Assembly: GCA_951406725.2 (NCBI GenBank)
Contig: OX597814.1
Span: 213,280,001-213,344,000 of the forward strand
Length of the DNA: 64,000 nucleotides
Origin: Octopus vulgaris
Taxonomy: Eukaryota
Direction of reading: 5' to 3'
Part shown: piece by piece, positions 43,031 through 56,580 of the stretch
Layout: each line of letters starts with the position of its first letter
How positions within the stretch are numbered: the stretch's first letter is position 1
Translations under genes and position numbers: made by a program
The notes under the pieces: model-generated
Seen by the model: the letters and a program-made list of their open reading frames with translations, nothing else
What the model was told of the DNA's origin: nothing
Databases searched by the model: none

Positions 43031-43893
43031 CCGTAAATCCTCGAGTATAGTCCGCCCTTCAGTATAATACGCAGGGGATTTTTAGGGGGCTGTACCTCTG
43101 AAAAACCTAAACCTTGTGTTTAATACGCACCCCTTCTCTAACTTGAGTCGTGCGTAATTAAGGCAGCAGCACCTAGTCGAACAAACACTTCCGTACAAAC
43201 ACTACAATAACGGTGACGTTCTTAACTGTTATAGGTGTATGTAAATATGTTTGCAAATTGTTTTTGTTCCATGTTATTCTGTGTTCTGTGAGGGCGCGTG
43301 GCTTAGTGGTTAGGGCATTCGGCTCATGATCGTAAGGTTGTGAGTTCGATTCCCGGCGACGCGTTGTGTCCTTGAGCAAGACACTTTATTTCACGTTGCT
43401 CCAGTCCACTCAGCTGGCAAAAATGAGTTGTACTTGTATTTCAAAGGGTCAGCCTTGTCACTCTCTGTGTCACGCTGATTATCCCCGAGAACTACGTTAA
43501 GGGTACACGTGTCTGTGGAATGCTCAGCCATTTGCACGTTAATTTCACGAGCAAGCTGTTCCGTTGATCGTATCAGCTGGGACCCTCGTCGTCGTAACCG
43601 ACGGAGTCTTTTTTTTTAATTTTGTGTTCTGAATACTTTTATTTTAATAAATGTTGCTTACTGCAAGTTATGGATGATTCTTTTATGACTTCATTGCTTT
43701 CAGGCTTAGCTTAAGGTATTTCCGCGCCCGACATCACAAAATGCATCTGAATAAACATTGCCGGACAACAAATAGAGACTCGGACATTGCTTAGAAAATA
43801 TTTTTCATTTTTAACCTCGTATATACTAAACACTAGGGATTTTGACCTTTAAATTTTGGGGGAAAAATGTGGATTGTACTCGAGGATTTATGG
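43031..43893. mobile_element. Tc1/mariner-pogo-type MITE with TA TSD, carrying a nested SINE
   Basis: TA|ccgtaaatcctcgagtata ... tgtactcgaggatttatgg|TA. Confidence 0.88.
43291..43617 (+). mobile_element. Chimeric SINE (type A head, type B tail)
   Basis: 5' part matches 636-780 and 3' part matches 10421-10595; TSD tgtgttctg at 43280 and 43623. Confidence 0.9.
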
Positions 43894-44063
43894 TATATAC
43901 TTACTCACAAGGTACTTGAAACATATGTATACCATTCTGCCTAAATTATGAATCTACAGATGCAATATCCCTGCATATCTCACTTCTCTTTTCATTCCTC
44001 CACTTCACTCTCTATTTCATATCTTATCTAAAATAACTGTTGCTTAACCATTCTCTCACAGCA

Positions 44064-44109
44064 TCTCCGGTGAAGGGATATATAAATTATCCTGTAAACA
44101 GCTGTAAGA
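44064..44109 (+). ncRNA. Degenerate hammerhead-like motif
   Basis: tct CCGGTGA a gggata...tatcct GTAAA cagct GTA aga: all three stems pair, core mutated. Confidence 0.5.
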
Positions 44110-44193
44110 CCTATTTATAAATGATCTAAAGCCTTTCACACCGTTGGATTTTTACCTCATTCTGAACATCTTCTTATGTATACGTATATATAT

Positions 44194-44262
<69 letters not shown>

Positions 44263-44392
44263 TTGAGCGAAAATTTAGATTCAAATGAATATGGTACTTA
44301 ATTTAGATGCACAAGAATTCCGCATGGTGTTATCCATAAAAATCCGTGGGGTGATTATAATCAAAATAAGCAACAAGAATGACTCCGGTAAT

Positions 44393-44478
44393 TTGGTACG
44401 ATCGTTTCGTACTACATCATTTTATTAAATGTTGTAAGTATTACAACAGTTTTGAAATGCTGAGCACTCATCAGCCAA
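44393..44478 (-). ncRNA. Type-I hammerhead ribozyme motif with intact core
   Basis: ttgg CTGATGA gtgct...agtac GAAA cgatc GTA ccaa: stem I 4 bp, stem II 5 bp, palindromic stem III acgatcgt, GUA cleavage triplet. Confidence 0.82.
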
Positions 44479-44765
44479 TTATAGAGGTTTTCCATTGATA
44501 CAAACATTTTCATATCAAGCGGCAACATTTTAGAGAAGGTAGATACATAGACAAAGATGTGGATTTAAATTTTAAGAACATTTGAGGTAGTTGAGCCCAT
44601 CAACTGACTGACTGACTAAGATTCAGCTGTTCCAGACTACTGTAAGGTTCTGAGAGGGAAGAACAAATGAAAGGTGACAATAAAGATTCTCTAATTATAG
44701 AAATGGGGTAAAGGGGATATCAGAGCTCCATATAAGGAATTCCTTATTCTTGTTGCTTATTTTGA

Positions 44766-44817
<52 letters not shown>

Positions 44818-44819
44818 CA

Positions 44820-45532
44820 ATTTACACACTTCAGAAGCCCCAACGCAAATTTGGCAGTACGTGTAATATTACTGCTAGATAGCACAGGCTTAAATCTGAA
44901 GGTGGACGATCTTTATTCTGTACTCTACTATGTCTTAGCATAATGTAACCTAACTAATATTGACAAAAAGAAAAAAAACGGTAGAAATCGCTTTTTACAT
45001 CAGAGTGCTTTCGCGTATCAAAGGGTGGAGAAAGTGTAACCTTGAGTACTCACTAAAAGACATCCCTATACCAACCAAGAAAGAATACTTAAAACAACGA
45101 TCAACCAACTGGAGCTATTTCATAGTAAGAATGCCATGGAAATAATTCTTCTTTGAATTACAACGCCTTTTTGATACATTGAGTGGTTACATCTACCTCG
45201 CAAGCTACGACAGGCAGAAAGGATGCCCTGAAAGCCGAGAATTTGAGTTTAAAGACAAGATCTCATAATGCAGATAAACGGTCCCATAACCAAATATCTG
45301 CAAACCTGGAGCACTACGCTGCGTGGAAACAATTGTAGAAATTTCAAATAAATGTTCCCCTGTGCTCCTTGTTGACTCCAACTCATTCAATTATCCGTTC
45401 ACACATTACAGAAGCCCCAACGAAAATCTGGCAGTACCTATAATACTACTGCTGGATAGCAGCGGGTGAAATCTGAAGGTGGACGAGCTTTATATTGTAT
45501 TCTACTACGTTCTTAACACAATTTAACTTAAA
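44820..45532 (+). mobile_element. About 130-bp direct repeats flanking a PLE ORF N-terminal remnant
   Basis: Repeats 44822-44952 and 45399-45532; between them NLEYSLKDIPIPTKKEYLK...IVRMPWK, resembling the PLE N-terminal YSLKNIPIP...RMRWK motif. Confidence 0.7.
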
Positions 45533-45620
45533 TATATATATATATATATATATGTAGGTCCCGGGTTGATTCGGGGTTAACCACAGTAAGTAAGGTACTC
45601 AATACATAGCAGAGTAAAAT

Positions 45621-45678
45621 TAATTTATTATATAGAAGGAGCTTCTACAGGACTAGTCCTGTAGAAGCTCCTTCTATA

Positions 45679-45688
<10 letters not shown>
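45621..45688. repeat. Perfect 68-bp palindrome with no spacer
   Basis: taatttattatatagaaggagcttctacaggact|agtcctgtagaagctccttctatataataaatta. Confidence 0.97.
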
Positions 45689-45712
<24 letters not shown>

Positions 45713-46005
45713 ATAGATTGCCGTTAATTCATTCTTTCTTGCCTGTTTGTGTTTGCCTTTCAAATGCTGTGCCTTTACTGTGATCTCCCTTTTAGTAGAA
45801 GAAATAGCTATAATCTCTTTGACTGCTATTTCTAAATTCGGTGTGTGGTAAGGCAATTCGTTGCTAAACCCTTAATTGCTTAGTATTACTTATATATATA
45901 TATATATATGAATAAATAAATAAATGGAGTTGAACGAAGATGTTAACAAATTTTAACGAATTTTCCATGTTGAATGTAAACATAGGATAATTCATTCACC
46001 TATCG

Positions 46006-46052
<47 letters not shown>

Positions 46053-46099
46053 CATTTATGTATATGTATATGTGTATATGTTTGTAACTGTGTTTGTCA

Positions 46100-46310
46100 C
46101 ACGCACACGCATACCTCTTGAGAACCGATGTCGGTGTGTTTACGTCCCCATGACTTAGAGGTTCGGCAAAACTGACCGATAGATTAATTACTAGGTTTTT
46201 TTAAAGAAAATAATAAGTCCTGGGGTCGGTTTGTCAGACAAAAAAAAAACTTTCAATGCAGTGCTCCAAGCATGGCCGCAGTCAAATGACTGAAACAATT
46301 AAAAGAATGA
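46100..46310 (+). mobile_element. SINE type D 3' half
   Basis: aaccgatg...ggttcggcaaaa...gaccgatag...catggccgcagtcaaatgactgaaacaa. Confidence 0.85.
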
Positions 46311-46604
46311 ATAATTAAAATACGAATTTATAAGTTGTTAATTGATGTAATAACTCAGTACGTGGTTCCCTTTTCGTAAGCTCAAAAACCCAAACATTTT
46401 TGTGAAGTGTTGCTGTCTTTAGAGGTAGTGGTTCTTTCAGCAAACAACAAAACATATCCGGAATCGTATTGCCAAAAAGGAGACATTCACTCCCCTATAT
46501 TCCCTTGGTAGCTACTTTTAATGAATTCAAATTTCAGAAGTATCTCGTCCTTTTTTTTGTATTTACCGGAAGTATTCATTTGAATGACTGGTTTCATCAC
46601 TTTT

Positions 46605-46841
46605 TTACCATTTACTTGTTTCAACCATTGCACTGCTGGTATGCTTCGGACACCGCCTTGAAGTGTTTAGTCGAACGTATCGACCCCCCAGTACTCTACT
46701 CATTCTTAAGCCCGGTACTTATTCTATCGGTCTCTTTTGGGCAAACCGTCTAGTCACAGGGAAGTAAACAAACCACCACCGAATATCAAGCAGTGGTGAG
46801 AGACAAACACAAAGACATACACACCTAAATACATAATTTTG

Positions 46842-46904
<63 letters not shown>

Positions 46905-47052
46905 GATTTTATTTCAGTCTACCATATCCACTCACAAGGCTTTGGTCGGCTGGGGGTTTTAGAAAACACTTGTCCAAGGTCCCATGCTGTGGGACTGAAC
47001 CCGAAACAACGTGAATGAGAAGCAAGCTTCTTATCATACAACCATGCCTGCG
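46605..47052 (-). mobile_element. SINE type D with internal (GT)n
   Basis: Collinear with 40539-40945. Confidence 0.85.
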
Positions 47053-47513
47053 CCAGACCGTTAATTCTATTTAATTAATTAAAACGTATATCAAATATTT
47101 TCGCCAGTACTTTACTGTTACCTTTTTTATACATTAAATCTCCGTAAATATTCCCTCTATGTTATTTTTACAATCTATTACGCAACTGAACGTTCATTCA
47201 TGAAATCTTCTACACCCCTCTAATCATTCGGAGACCACGGAGTCATGGTTAGACTATTATTTGCTAATAAGGTCGCATAAGACCTAAACCCACCTAGAAT
47301 TGTCTCTGTGTGACTATTATAAGAAGCACTCATTACAGTATTCCACATTGAATTAATTTGATTAAAGTTTCTGGCTTGTTTCTTCAGCTTGTATTATCAG
47401 AAATAATAATTCAGGCAATGATCGTTCACGTCACAAATATTGTAATTTAATTGAACAAAACTCCTCGGCTTATATCAACTATGCAAGTAGTTATACCACT
47501 AGTAGCTTTATGT

Positions 47514-47900
47514 GGAGGCGCAATGGCCCAGTGGTTAGGGCAGTGGACTCGCGGTCATAGGATCGTGGTTTCGATTCCCAGACCGGGCGTTGTGGGTGTT
47601 TATTGAGCGAAAACACCTAAAAGCTCCACCAGGCTCCGGCAGAGGATGGTGGTGATCCCTGCTGTACTCTTTCACCACAACTTTCTCTCACTCTTACTTC
47701 CTGTTTCTGTTGTACCTGTATTTCAAGGGGCCGGCCTTGTCACTCTCTGTGTCACGCTGAATATCCCCGAGAACTACGTTAAGGGTACACGTGTCTGTGG
47801 AGTGCTCAGCCACTTACACGTTAATTTCGCGAGCGGGCTGTTCCGTTGATTCGGATCAACCGGAACCCTCATCGTCGTAACCGACGGAGTGCTTCCATCC
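47514..47900 (+). mobile_element. SINE type B, full length
   Basis: Near-identical to the 10219 copy; 11-bp TSD agtagctttat at 47501 and 47902. Confidence 0.93.
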
Positions 47901-48495
47901 CAGTAGCTTTATAGATTGTGATAAACTTGTTGTTGACCGCTGTAGCAAGTGGTGTCTGATGTATCTCAAATTAAGGTGGGGAGAGTGTAGAACGAACCAA
48001 GGTGAAGGCATATACGTCCATCTTAGCAATCTTGATGTTTCAGCTTCTGAATAACTTTTATTTTCTCTGTATTCCCAGTAGTTTTATTTAATTGCTTCAC
48101 ATGATTCTAATAAAATTTATTCTTTTTTCACTGTAAGTAAATTTCTTATTTGTTAGAATATTGATTATATATATTTCTTTAGGCTCATTTGTTTATTTTA
48201 TTCTAATATTTGCTTTAATGGTTTTATTTATTGAAACATCACATGATTAACTTCATTAACTAGTACAGGTGGTTTATAGTTAATTTTCACTCCTCCAAAC
48301 GATAGATGCAGTATATATCTTATACTACTTCTCAATAATTTTTCTTCTAATTTGAATATGCTTCTAGCACCAATGATCTCACGTGGAAATGTGTCTTTTA
48401 ACTGCTAAAACTAAAATACATTTGTTTAATATTTTATCCTTGTATCAACAAAATATTGGAGCTTCGTTGCGTCTGCACATCGTACACAGCATATA

Positions 48496-49748
48496 CGAGG
48501 GGCGTTCAATAAGTAATGCCCCTGACCCACTTCCCATAGCAGTAGAGCAACGACACTTGGCACAGTTATTAGTCTTTTCCTACATAGGAACTACCCAAAG
48601 TTATGCATTTCTCCCATCGTTTGATACAGCTCTAGATACCGTTTTTGTAGAAGACCCCAGCTTGGTCCTCCAACCACGAGGTGACTTCAGAAATCAAGGC
48701 TGCATCATCTGGGAAACGCTTTCCTTTCAAAATCAACTTCATGGCTGGGAAGAGGTGAAAATCAGAGGGTGCAAGGGGAAGAGTTCATAGCTGCACGCCT
48801 GTGCGTCTGATCTGGCGACACGCGAGTTGTGGACCGGAGCGTTGCCCTGCAGGAGGAGGATGCCTTTGCTGATCTTGCCCCGCCTCTTGATTTTGATAGC
48901 TTCTCTTAATTTCCTCAAAAGTGAAGCATAATAGGCTCCTGTAATTGTGGTACCCTTTGCCAGGAAATCTGTCATCACTACTCCGTCCTGGTCCCAGAAG
49001 ACTGTGAGCATAACCTTGTCAGCGGAGGGCTGCACCCTTGCCTTCTTTGGAGGAGGTGAGTCACGGTGCTTTCACTGCATTTCCTGGGCTTTGGTCTATG
49101 GATCATAGTGATGCACCCAGGTTTTATCCTGTGTGATCAGTCTCATCTTCTTGGCACATCTCCAAATTCATCCTCGAGCACTCAACGCGTTCTTGCTTCT
49201 GGAAAGGTGTGAGCAGCCTGGAAATCCATCTGGCAGACACCTTTTGCATATGCAAATGGTCATGAATGATAGTTTCCACAGACCCGGTATTAATCTTGAC
49301 CTTATGGGCTATTTGGCGAATAGTTATGCGTTGACCTTCCAAAATGGCAGCCTCAACTTGACGGACAGGCGTCTCATCAACGGCAGAAGGGGGCGACCAG
49401 ATCTGGGAGCTGTTTCCACAGAGTTCCGACTATGTTTGAATTCACAATGCCAGCGTTTTACAAGGTCATATGATGGGGCATCATCACCATAAGTTACTTT
49501 CATTTCATCAAAAGTCTCCCGTGGTGTGCGTCCTTTCAAATACAAAAGCCAGATCACTGCTCGACACTCAACAGGCTCCATTTCACATTTGACTCAGTTC
49601 AAACACCTGTAAATCAGAAACCACAATTAGTTCAGAGCTGTAATTCACCACTTAATCTATAGAGGTATAAATAAGTGCACATGCAAAATTTCAGCTAGAT
49701 CAAACAACTGCCAGTGGGTCAGGGGCATTACTTATTGAACGCCCCTCG
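48496..49748 (-). mobile_element. Full-length mariner transposon with frameshifted transposase
   Basis: Perfect 36-bp TIRs cgaggggcgttcaataagtaatgcccctgacccact and TA TSD; transposase pieces MEPVECRAVI, VSARWISRLL, KVMLTVFWD and LLLQGNAPVH. Confidence 0.97.
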
Positions 49749-50334
49749 TAAGAGCGCATTAGCAGTTACCTTTATAAGTGATGATTTTTTACTAGCAAAT
49801 ATTCATGAGAACAAAGATACGTGTATCTCGAATGAGTTAAATACTATGGGTCTTCATCTAAATTTGGTGCTGTTTTCCAGCATTTATCCAGAACAATTCT
49901 TTATCTTGCTCTTTCTCTAACTCACACCCTAGTCTACTGGAAAACTAGTCTTAGAATGTTTGTTTTTGTAACATGTCTCATTTTAATTTTGTTTTCAAAT
50001 TAATTCATGTCATCACATTAATAATTCAAGAAGCTATCTTTAACTGTATTCAACATCTGTGTTGCTTAAGTAGTAATGCGCCGTACATATACTTTCAAAT
50101 ATGTACTGCAAGTTGATCTAAAGACAGAGAAGTATGTGTTTAGTCACAGCAACGTGCTCCTTAACAGAAACAAGTTTTAGAAATTGTATTCGGGAATCCG
50201 ACGCTCTATACACCCAAGTGTGAATCTAACGACTTGAATTTTATAGTAATAACTCGAAATTGATCAGTTACCAAAACGTATATTTATAAATTGTTTAGGA
50301 CTGACTTATGAAATATCTCAAGTCACTTATTTTG

Positions 50335-51185
50335 TAGTTACAAGCTAAACAAATTCGTGTTGTTTATGAATGAGTTTCGTCGTGGAACCAAATCATCTCA
50401 GACAGCTCGAAATATCAATGGGGTGTTTGGTGAAGATGTTATGAATGAGCGCACTGTACGTCGATGGTTTGAGAAGTTCTGGTCTGATGACTTTACTTTT
50501 GAAGATCAGCCCCGTGGTAGACCTGAGATCAAGGTTGATAATGATGAGCTTGAAACTGTAATAGAAGCGGATACATCTCAACTGTATTGGACCAGCTGAA
50601 ACAAATCAGCAAGGTAAAGAAGCTGGACAAGTGGGTACCACACGAACTGAACGGGCATCAAATGACAAATCGTCTTGAAACTTGCTGTTCTTTACTGTCA
50701 CGGCATAAAAGTGAATCATTTTTGCATCGTAGTGTTACATGTGATGAAAAATGGATTCTTTTCTACAATAGCAAGTGTTCTTCACGGTGGTTGGATAGAG
50801 ACGAAGTCCCTAAACACAATCCAAAAACAAGTATTCGCCGATAAAGCTAAAGATGTCTCTTTGGTGACCCAGCGCTGGTGTCATTCCCTACAGTCTCATG
50901 AGACCTGGTCAGTCAATTACAGCGGATGTATACATCAACCAACTGGATGAAATGATGAGTGAACTTACAATTAAACGACCGAGATTGGTCAATAGAGACA
51001 GGCCAATTCTCTTGCAAGACTATGCTCGACCACTTGTTGTACAAAGAACGCTACTCAAGTTAGAAGAACTGAACTTGTCGTCTGCCATATTAACCAGACC
51101 TTGCACCAACTGACTATCACGTTTTCCAGGCATTAGACAAAATTTTGCAAGGAAAAAGCTTCAAATCTGAAGAAGATGCATCCTT
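50335..51185 (+). pseudogene. Degraded mariner transposase (Hsmar1/cecropia-like)
   Basis: TARNINGVFG, WVPHEL, VTCDEKW, LLQDYARP and PDLAPTDYH across several frames; no TIRs found. Confidence 0.92.
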
Positions 51186-51259
51186 TCATGACCTTTCGTG
51201 ACCTTTATGGTTTCATAAATTTGGTTTCATAAATTTGCTTTTCGAAATTTGAATTCCGT

Positions 51260-52810
51260 GTGACTTCATTGAACCCTTTGCAACAACCATTTTTGAAACT
51301 TTTTGGAAGCAATTATTTAATTAACTTTTTAATTAGATAAACTTTTTAATTAAATTAAATATATAGTGGTGTCTATACCCTTTACCCACCACTCGCAGTC
51401 CATATTTTCCGCATACTTCTGTAATCTCCGTACGTACTCCGTGTCTGCCAACACGTAAATAGCGTTCTCGGACAGACCCTTCACTCCCGTTATATCTACC
51501 TTTACTGCTCCGTCCTACGAGTCCAATTCATCGCACAGTTCTTCATTATGCCCATTATACATTATGACATATTTTTCTTTACAGGGCGGAGGTGGGTAAT
51601 TTTGTGGCTCTTGTGTGTTAGTACATATTTTCTATGTCAGACAGGGCATGAGGAGGATTGGTGTCTGTAGGGAGTGGTTGCGGTAAAGTGGCTGTGGGTA
51701 GGGGCCGGGTTGGTATGGGTTGGAGGTCATCCTTTACCACATGTGTCTGCCTCCTTTTTTTTTCTTCTTCCCTGCTATCTCCCAGTTGGTGCTTGTCTCC
51801 TCCTCTTCGATGGTGGTACTCTGTAACACCATATATCTTTTTCCTCCACGGACGGTGGATCATCTACCAATTTCTCATTCTCCTTAGCCTTTTCTGGTGG
51901 TAGAGGGCACTCCGCTCTAATGTCGCCTGAAAGGCCACATTTACAGCATCTCGGAATTCTTCCCCCGACTCTAACTTTCAACGTTCTGTCTCTTACTGTG
52001 ATGTTCTCTATCATCTTTTGTATATCTTCCTCCGCCACTTGTACCAACATATCAAGTGTTTCTACCCGCCAGTTCCTATGCGGTTTTCTGGTAGCCTGTA
52101 GGCCCACCACCTTCTCCTCCATACCTAGCAGTATGGCAGCCACCAGCCAGGCTACATTGACCTCCAGGGTTATTTCCTCTACCCTAACCCTGGAAGGTAA
52201 AGGGGCAGAAGAAATACTTCATTAGTTTTCAGCGGTGTTGCTGATTGCAGCCTCGCGATAGCTACCCCCAAAATGGCACCTCCACCGTTCCAAATTTTCT
52301 ACTTCTGGCAAGGTAGGTAATTCTTTGCCCGGTTTGAGCGCCTTTTCCACCTGAACTGTTGACATAATTTCAATCTTTCCGGCTGCTATCGAAAATGTTC
52401 TATAAATGATGATTTTCTCGATTTCTTTTCTTTTCACACTTATTTGGGGTGAAAAGGGAACATCTTCACGTCGTTCCTCTCCCTTTTAAGTATTTCCTTG
52501 AACTTGCTCAGCCCTTTCAGGTTTGTTTGATCAATTTCTTCTTCCCTCACCCCCGCTGCATAATTCTTCTTTTCAATAACCTTATTGACTAATTCCGACG
52601 GCGACGACATATGCTCCGAGGAAGGGCAGCCCTCAACACTCCAGATAGAACAATTCAATTCTTCGCAACTTCTTGTTCGACGTCCCTCCATCACAAGAAG
52701 AAAAACGTCGCCAAAAAAGAAAAAAAAATCACGCACAGCCAAAAAACACGTCTATTTCGTAGAAATACAACAAACCGAATGAACTCTGGATAACCGGAAG
52801 CAAGCTTCTT
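51260..52810 (-). mobile_element. Zinc-knuckle (gag/ORF1-like) element, copy 1
   Basis: GRIPRCCKCGLSGDIRAEC; collinear with copy 2, sharing the start aagaagcttgcttcc.gtta.ccagagttcatt. Confidence 0.75.
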
Positions 52811-52934
52811 TAGTTTATGAAATTGGTCATAAAGGTCTTACATAGAGGGGGCAGCACAAGGTGAGGACAAGAAAAAATGAATGGAAATGAAATTATGCAA
52901 TGAAAGATGAAATTGAATCGCTCGGCCCCACCTC

Positions 52935-54320
52935 CGGTTGACTTCATTGATCCCTTGCAACTCCCTTACTCCTGTTGTGTCCACTTTAATTGCAGTATAC
53001 CATGTTTCTATTTCTTCATATAGTTCTTCAATAAGCCTGTTGTATAATAGAATGTATTTTCTTTCTCAGGGCAAGGTGGGGGGCTTTGGGGCTCCTGTGT
53101 TTTTATGTTTGTCTTCGTGTTAGTCGGAGTGTGGAGAGTGTTGGTGTCCGCAGGGAGTGGTCGGGGTAGTGTGTGTGTGGGTGAGGGCTGGGTGGGTGTG
53201 GGTTGGGGGTCATTTTTACCCATGTGTGACTTTTTCTCCTCTTCCTGCTTTTTTTCTCCACCATTTCCCACCTGGTATTTCATTCTTCCTTCTCGATACT
53301 GGTGCCTGTCTTCTTCTGTGGCTCCTCCTCGTTACTTACTTCTTCCTCCATGGCCTGTAGAGAACTTACCACTCTTTTGCCCTCCTCAGCCTTTTCCAGT
53401 GCTGAAGGGTATTCATGCTCTAATGTGGCCCATCAGGCCACATTTATAACATCGTAGAATTCTTCCAGCCACTCTAACTTTCAAAGTCGTTTCACCCACT
53501 AAGATGGTTTCTACCGTCTTTTCTAGGTCCTCCTCCGTGACTTGCACCAACCATCATTTCCAGGCTTTGACCACTCCAATTCCTTTTGGGTATTCTGATG
53601 GCCTGCAGGGCCATCAACTTCTCCTCCATCCCCAGCTGCACGGCAGTCACCAGCCAGGTTACATTTACTTCCGGTGGTATGTCCTCTACTCGAACCATGG
53701 TAGTCCGTCTCCCAAGGTACACGGATAGCAGTACAACCTCATTTATTTTCAACGGTGTAGCCGAGTACAGTTTAGCTGTTGCTATCTAATTAAACTACAC
53801 CTCCACCGTTCCATATTTTCGACTTCTGGCCAGGTAAGATATCTCTTGTCAGACTGGCCTTAACACCTTTTCCACTTGTGCTCCCGACACCACTTCTATC
53901 TTCCTTGTTGTCACCGCATACGTTCTGTAGACGATTGTTCACTCTACCGTATCTTTTAACAGATCTTTGTGAGGTGGGGGGAACCTTCATATTGTCCATC
54001 TCCCTTTCAAGCATTTCCTTGAACTTGCTTAACTCCTCCAGACTTACGTCTTCAATTCTTCCCGTTGCCACTGCTGCGTAATTGTTAGTGTCCATTTGCT
54101 TGTCAATCTTCTCCAAACACTTTGCCAAGTCCTCCTCAGACGCGACTCAAATTCTGAATAAGACTTATACATTTTTCACAACTCTTCACACGACGCCTCT
54201 CCATCACACAAAAGGAAAAACTTTGCACAGCCAAAAAAATCCGCACAGCAAAAAAAAGGTCTACTTCGTACAAATAAAACAAACCAAATGAACTCTGGCT
54301 AACTGGAAGCAAGCTTCTTA
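52935..54320 (-). mobile_element. Zinc-knuckle (gag/ORF1-like) element, copy 2
   Basis: RCYKCGLMGHIRA*; NYAA, LSKFKE.L.RE and LGMEEK motifs shared with copy 1. Confidence 0.75.
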
Positions 54321-54719
54321 ACACACAGTCACGACTGACATATGTATGTGAAAGTGTGTATGTGCATAGGGGTACACTGCCTATTGTTTTGTATATCTTT
54401 GTATAATATTTCAATAATTTCATATTAAAATTTACTGGACTCCTTTGAATTATTTGATTATTATTTTACTATGGAGCTATGATGTCTTCGAGAGGTGAGT
54501 TGGCGGCGCTTCATTAACTTGCTATGGAATCTTCTTTTATTCTTTGAAATAAAATCTGCTGTCAAAACGTTCTTGATTATTGAAGAGCAGAAGTTTTTAA
54601 ATGATGCTGCGGTCAATTTTCTTTAATTCAGGTACACATCTCTGTTTGATATACGAATCTCATTACTAATGGCGTCTTGCTAACGCTTGTTATGGAAATG
54701 GTGCTGCGTGTAACATATC

Positions 54720-55320
<601 letters not shown>

Positions 55321-56252
55321 CGTTTATATTGATACATAGATATATAAATATTTGCAAAATTGTTGTTACTATTCGGTCCACAGAATATTAATTTCTTGTT
55401 TATGTCATTTCATATGTCATCGATATTTTTCCGTCTAGAGAATATCAGATTATATTTAATTCAATGAATAAATATGATGCTTGAAAGGTAATTTCGTTTG
55501 TTTGCTTCTTCATTTTAAATTTCTTTCAACACGTGGTTTGAGTAATATAAGTTACACATTACACAATCCATGCATGTGTTCACGCTGTCATATCGTATTT
55601 CCAGAAAAGTTAGAGTGATTGCTTCGTGGCAGTTCGAACCAACCCCGAATGAAAAACAGTTAATTACAAGAATGAAACATCCTCCAATACTGATATCCTG
55701 TTAATGAAAGATATTCAGATAGCTTGAATAAAAGAAGACAGCTGTGCTGATTGCATTTATTTAGGCAGAAACACGTATCAACATTTGCCGCTTGACTCCT
55801 GATAATTAAGCTCTCTCTAAAAGCACAAGGATTTGGCAGAAAAATGTTCTAAGTAATGCAAGCTGAAATCCAGAAGCAATGTATCAGGTAGTTAGGGGTA
55901 AATGCTGGTGGCGACGGCACACTATATATGTCACAATTTCCGTTCTTGTGTATATGAATTGCTCTACGGGTTATAAACAAAGGCTGATAGCTGCAGGTAA
56001 AAGAGTTAATAAATTCGGATATTAAATGCCGAAGCACAGCAGGTTCTTTACTCCTCTACAGTAAGTCATTTGAGAGAGCAGTCTTGTCAAAAGTTTTCTC
56101 CAGCTTTCGCAGATTGTTTAAAAGTTATCTATAACATAAAGTGCTCTCAACATATAAACAGATAGAATTACAAAGTACAAGATAAAAAGATAAAAATAAA
56201 TTATTCCATACATTTTCCCTAGAACAGGTGAAGTAATAACACCTAATGTACG

Positions 56253-56289
<37 letters not shown>

Positions 56290-56580
56290 CTTTATAAGTG
56301 CTAATCAGGTAGGGTTAGTGTTAGGGCTAAAGTTCGGGACAGTTAATGACTATGGCATGAAAAATAGTACTACAATGACTTTTTCCTGTCAATCTGGTTA
56401 ATCGTACTTTTAGAATTATTTTAAGGCATCATTATTTCCATTACCTAAGTTTTGCAAGAATTGTATACCTCATTGTTATGCCGTGAGAAACTCCCATATT
56501 TTGAAGTCAGGACCAAGATATGAAAACAATAGTGTGAGAATTTCTTATTACCTTTTACTAATATTCACAGTTTAGAAGAA

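Noticed and set aside
50335-51185. SETMAR-like host gene
   Set aside because: No SET domain and multiple frameshifts; an ordinary mariner relic
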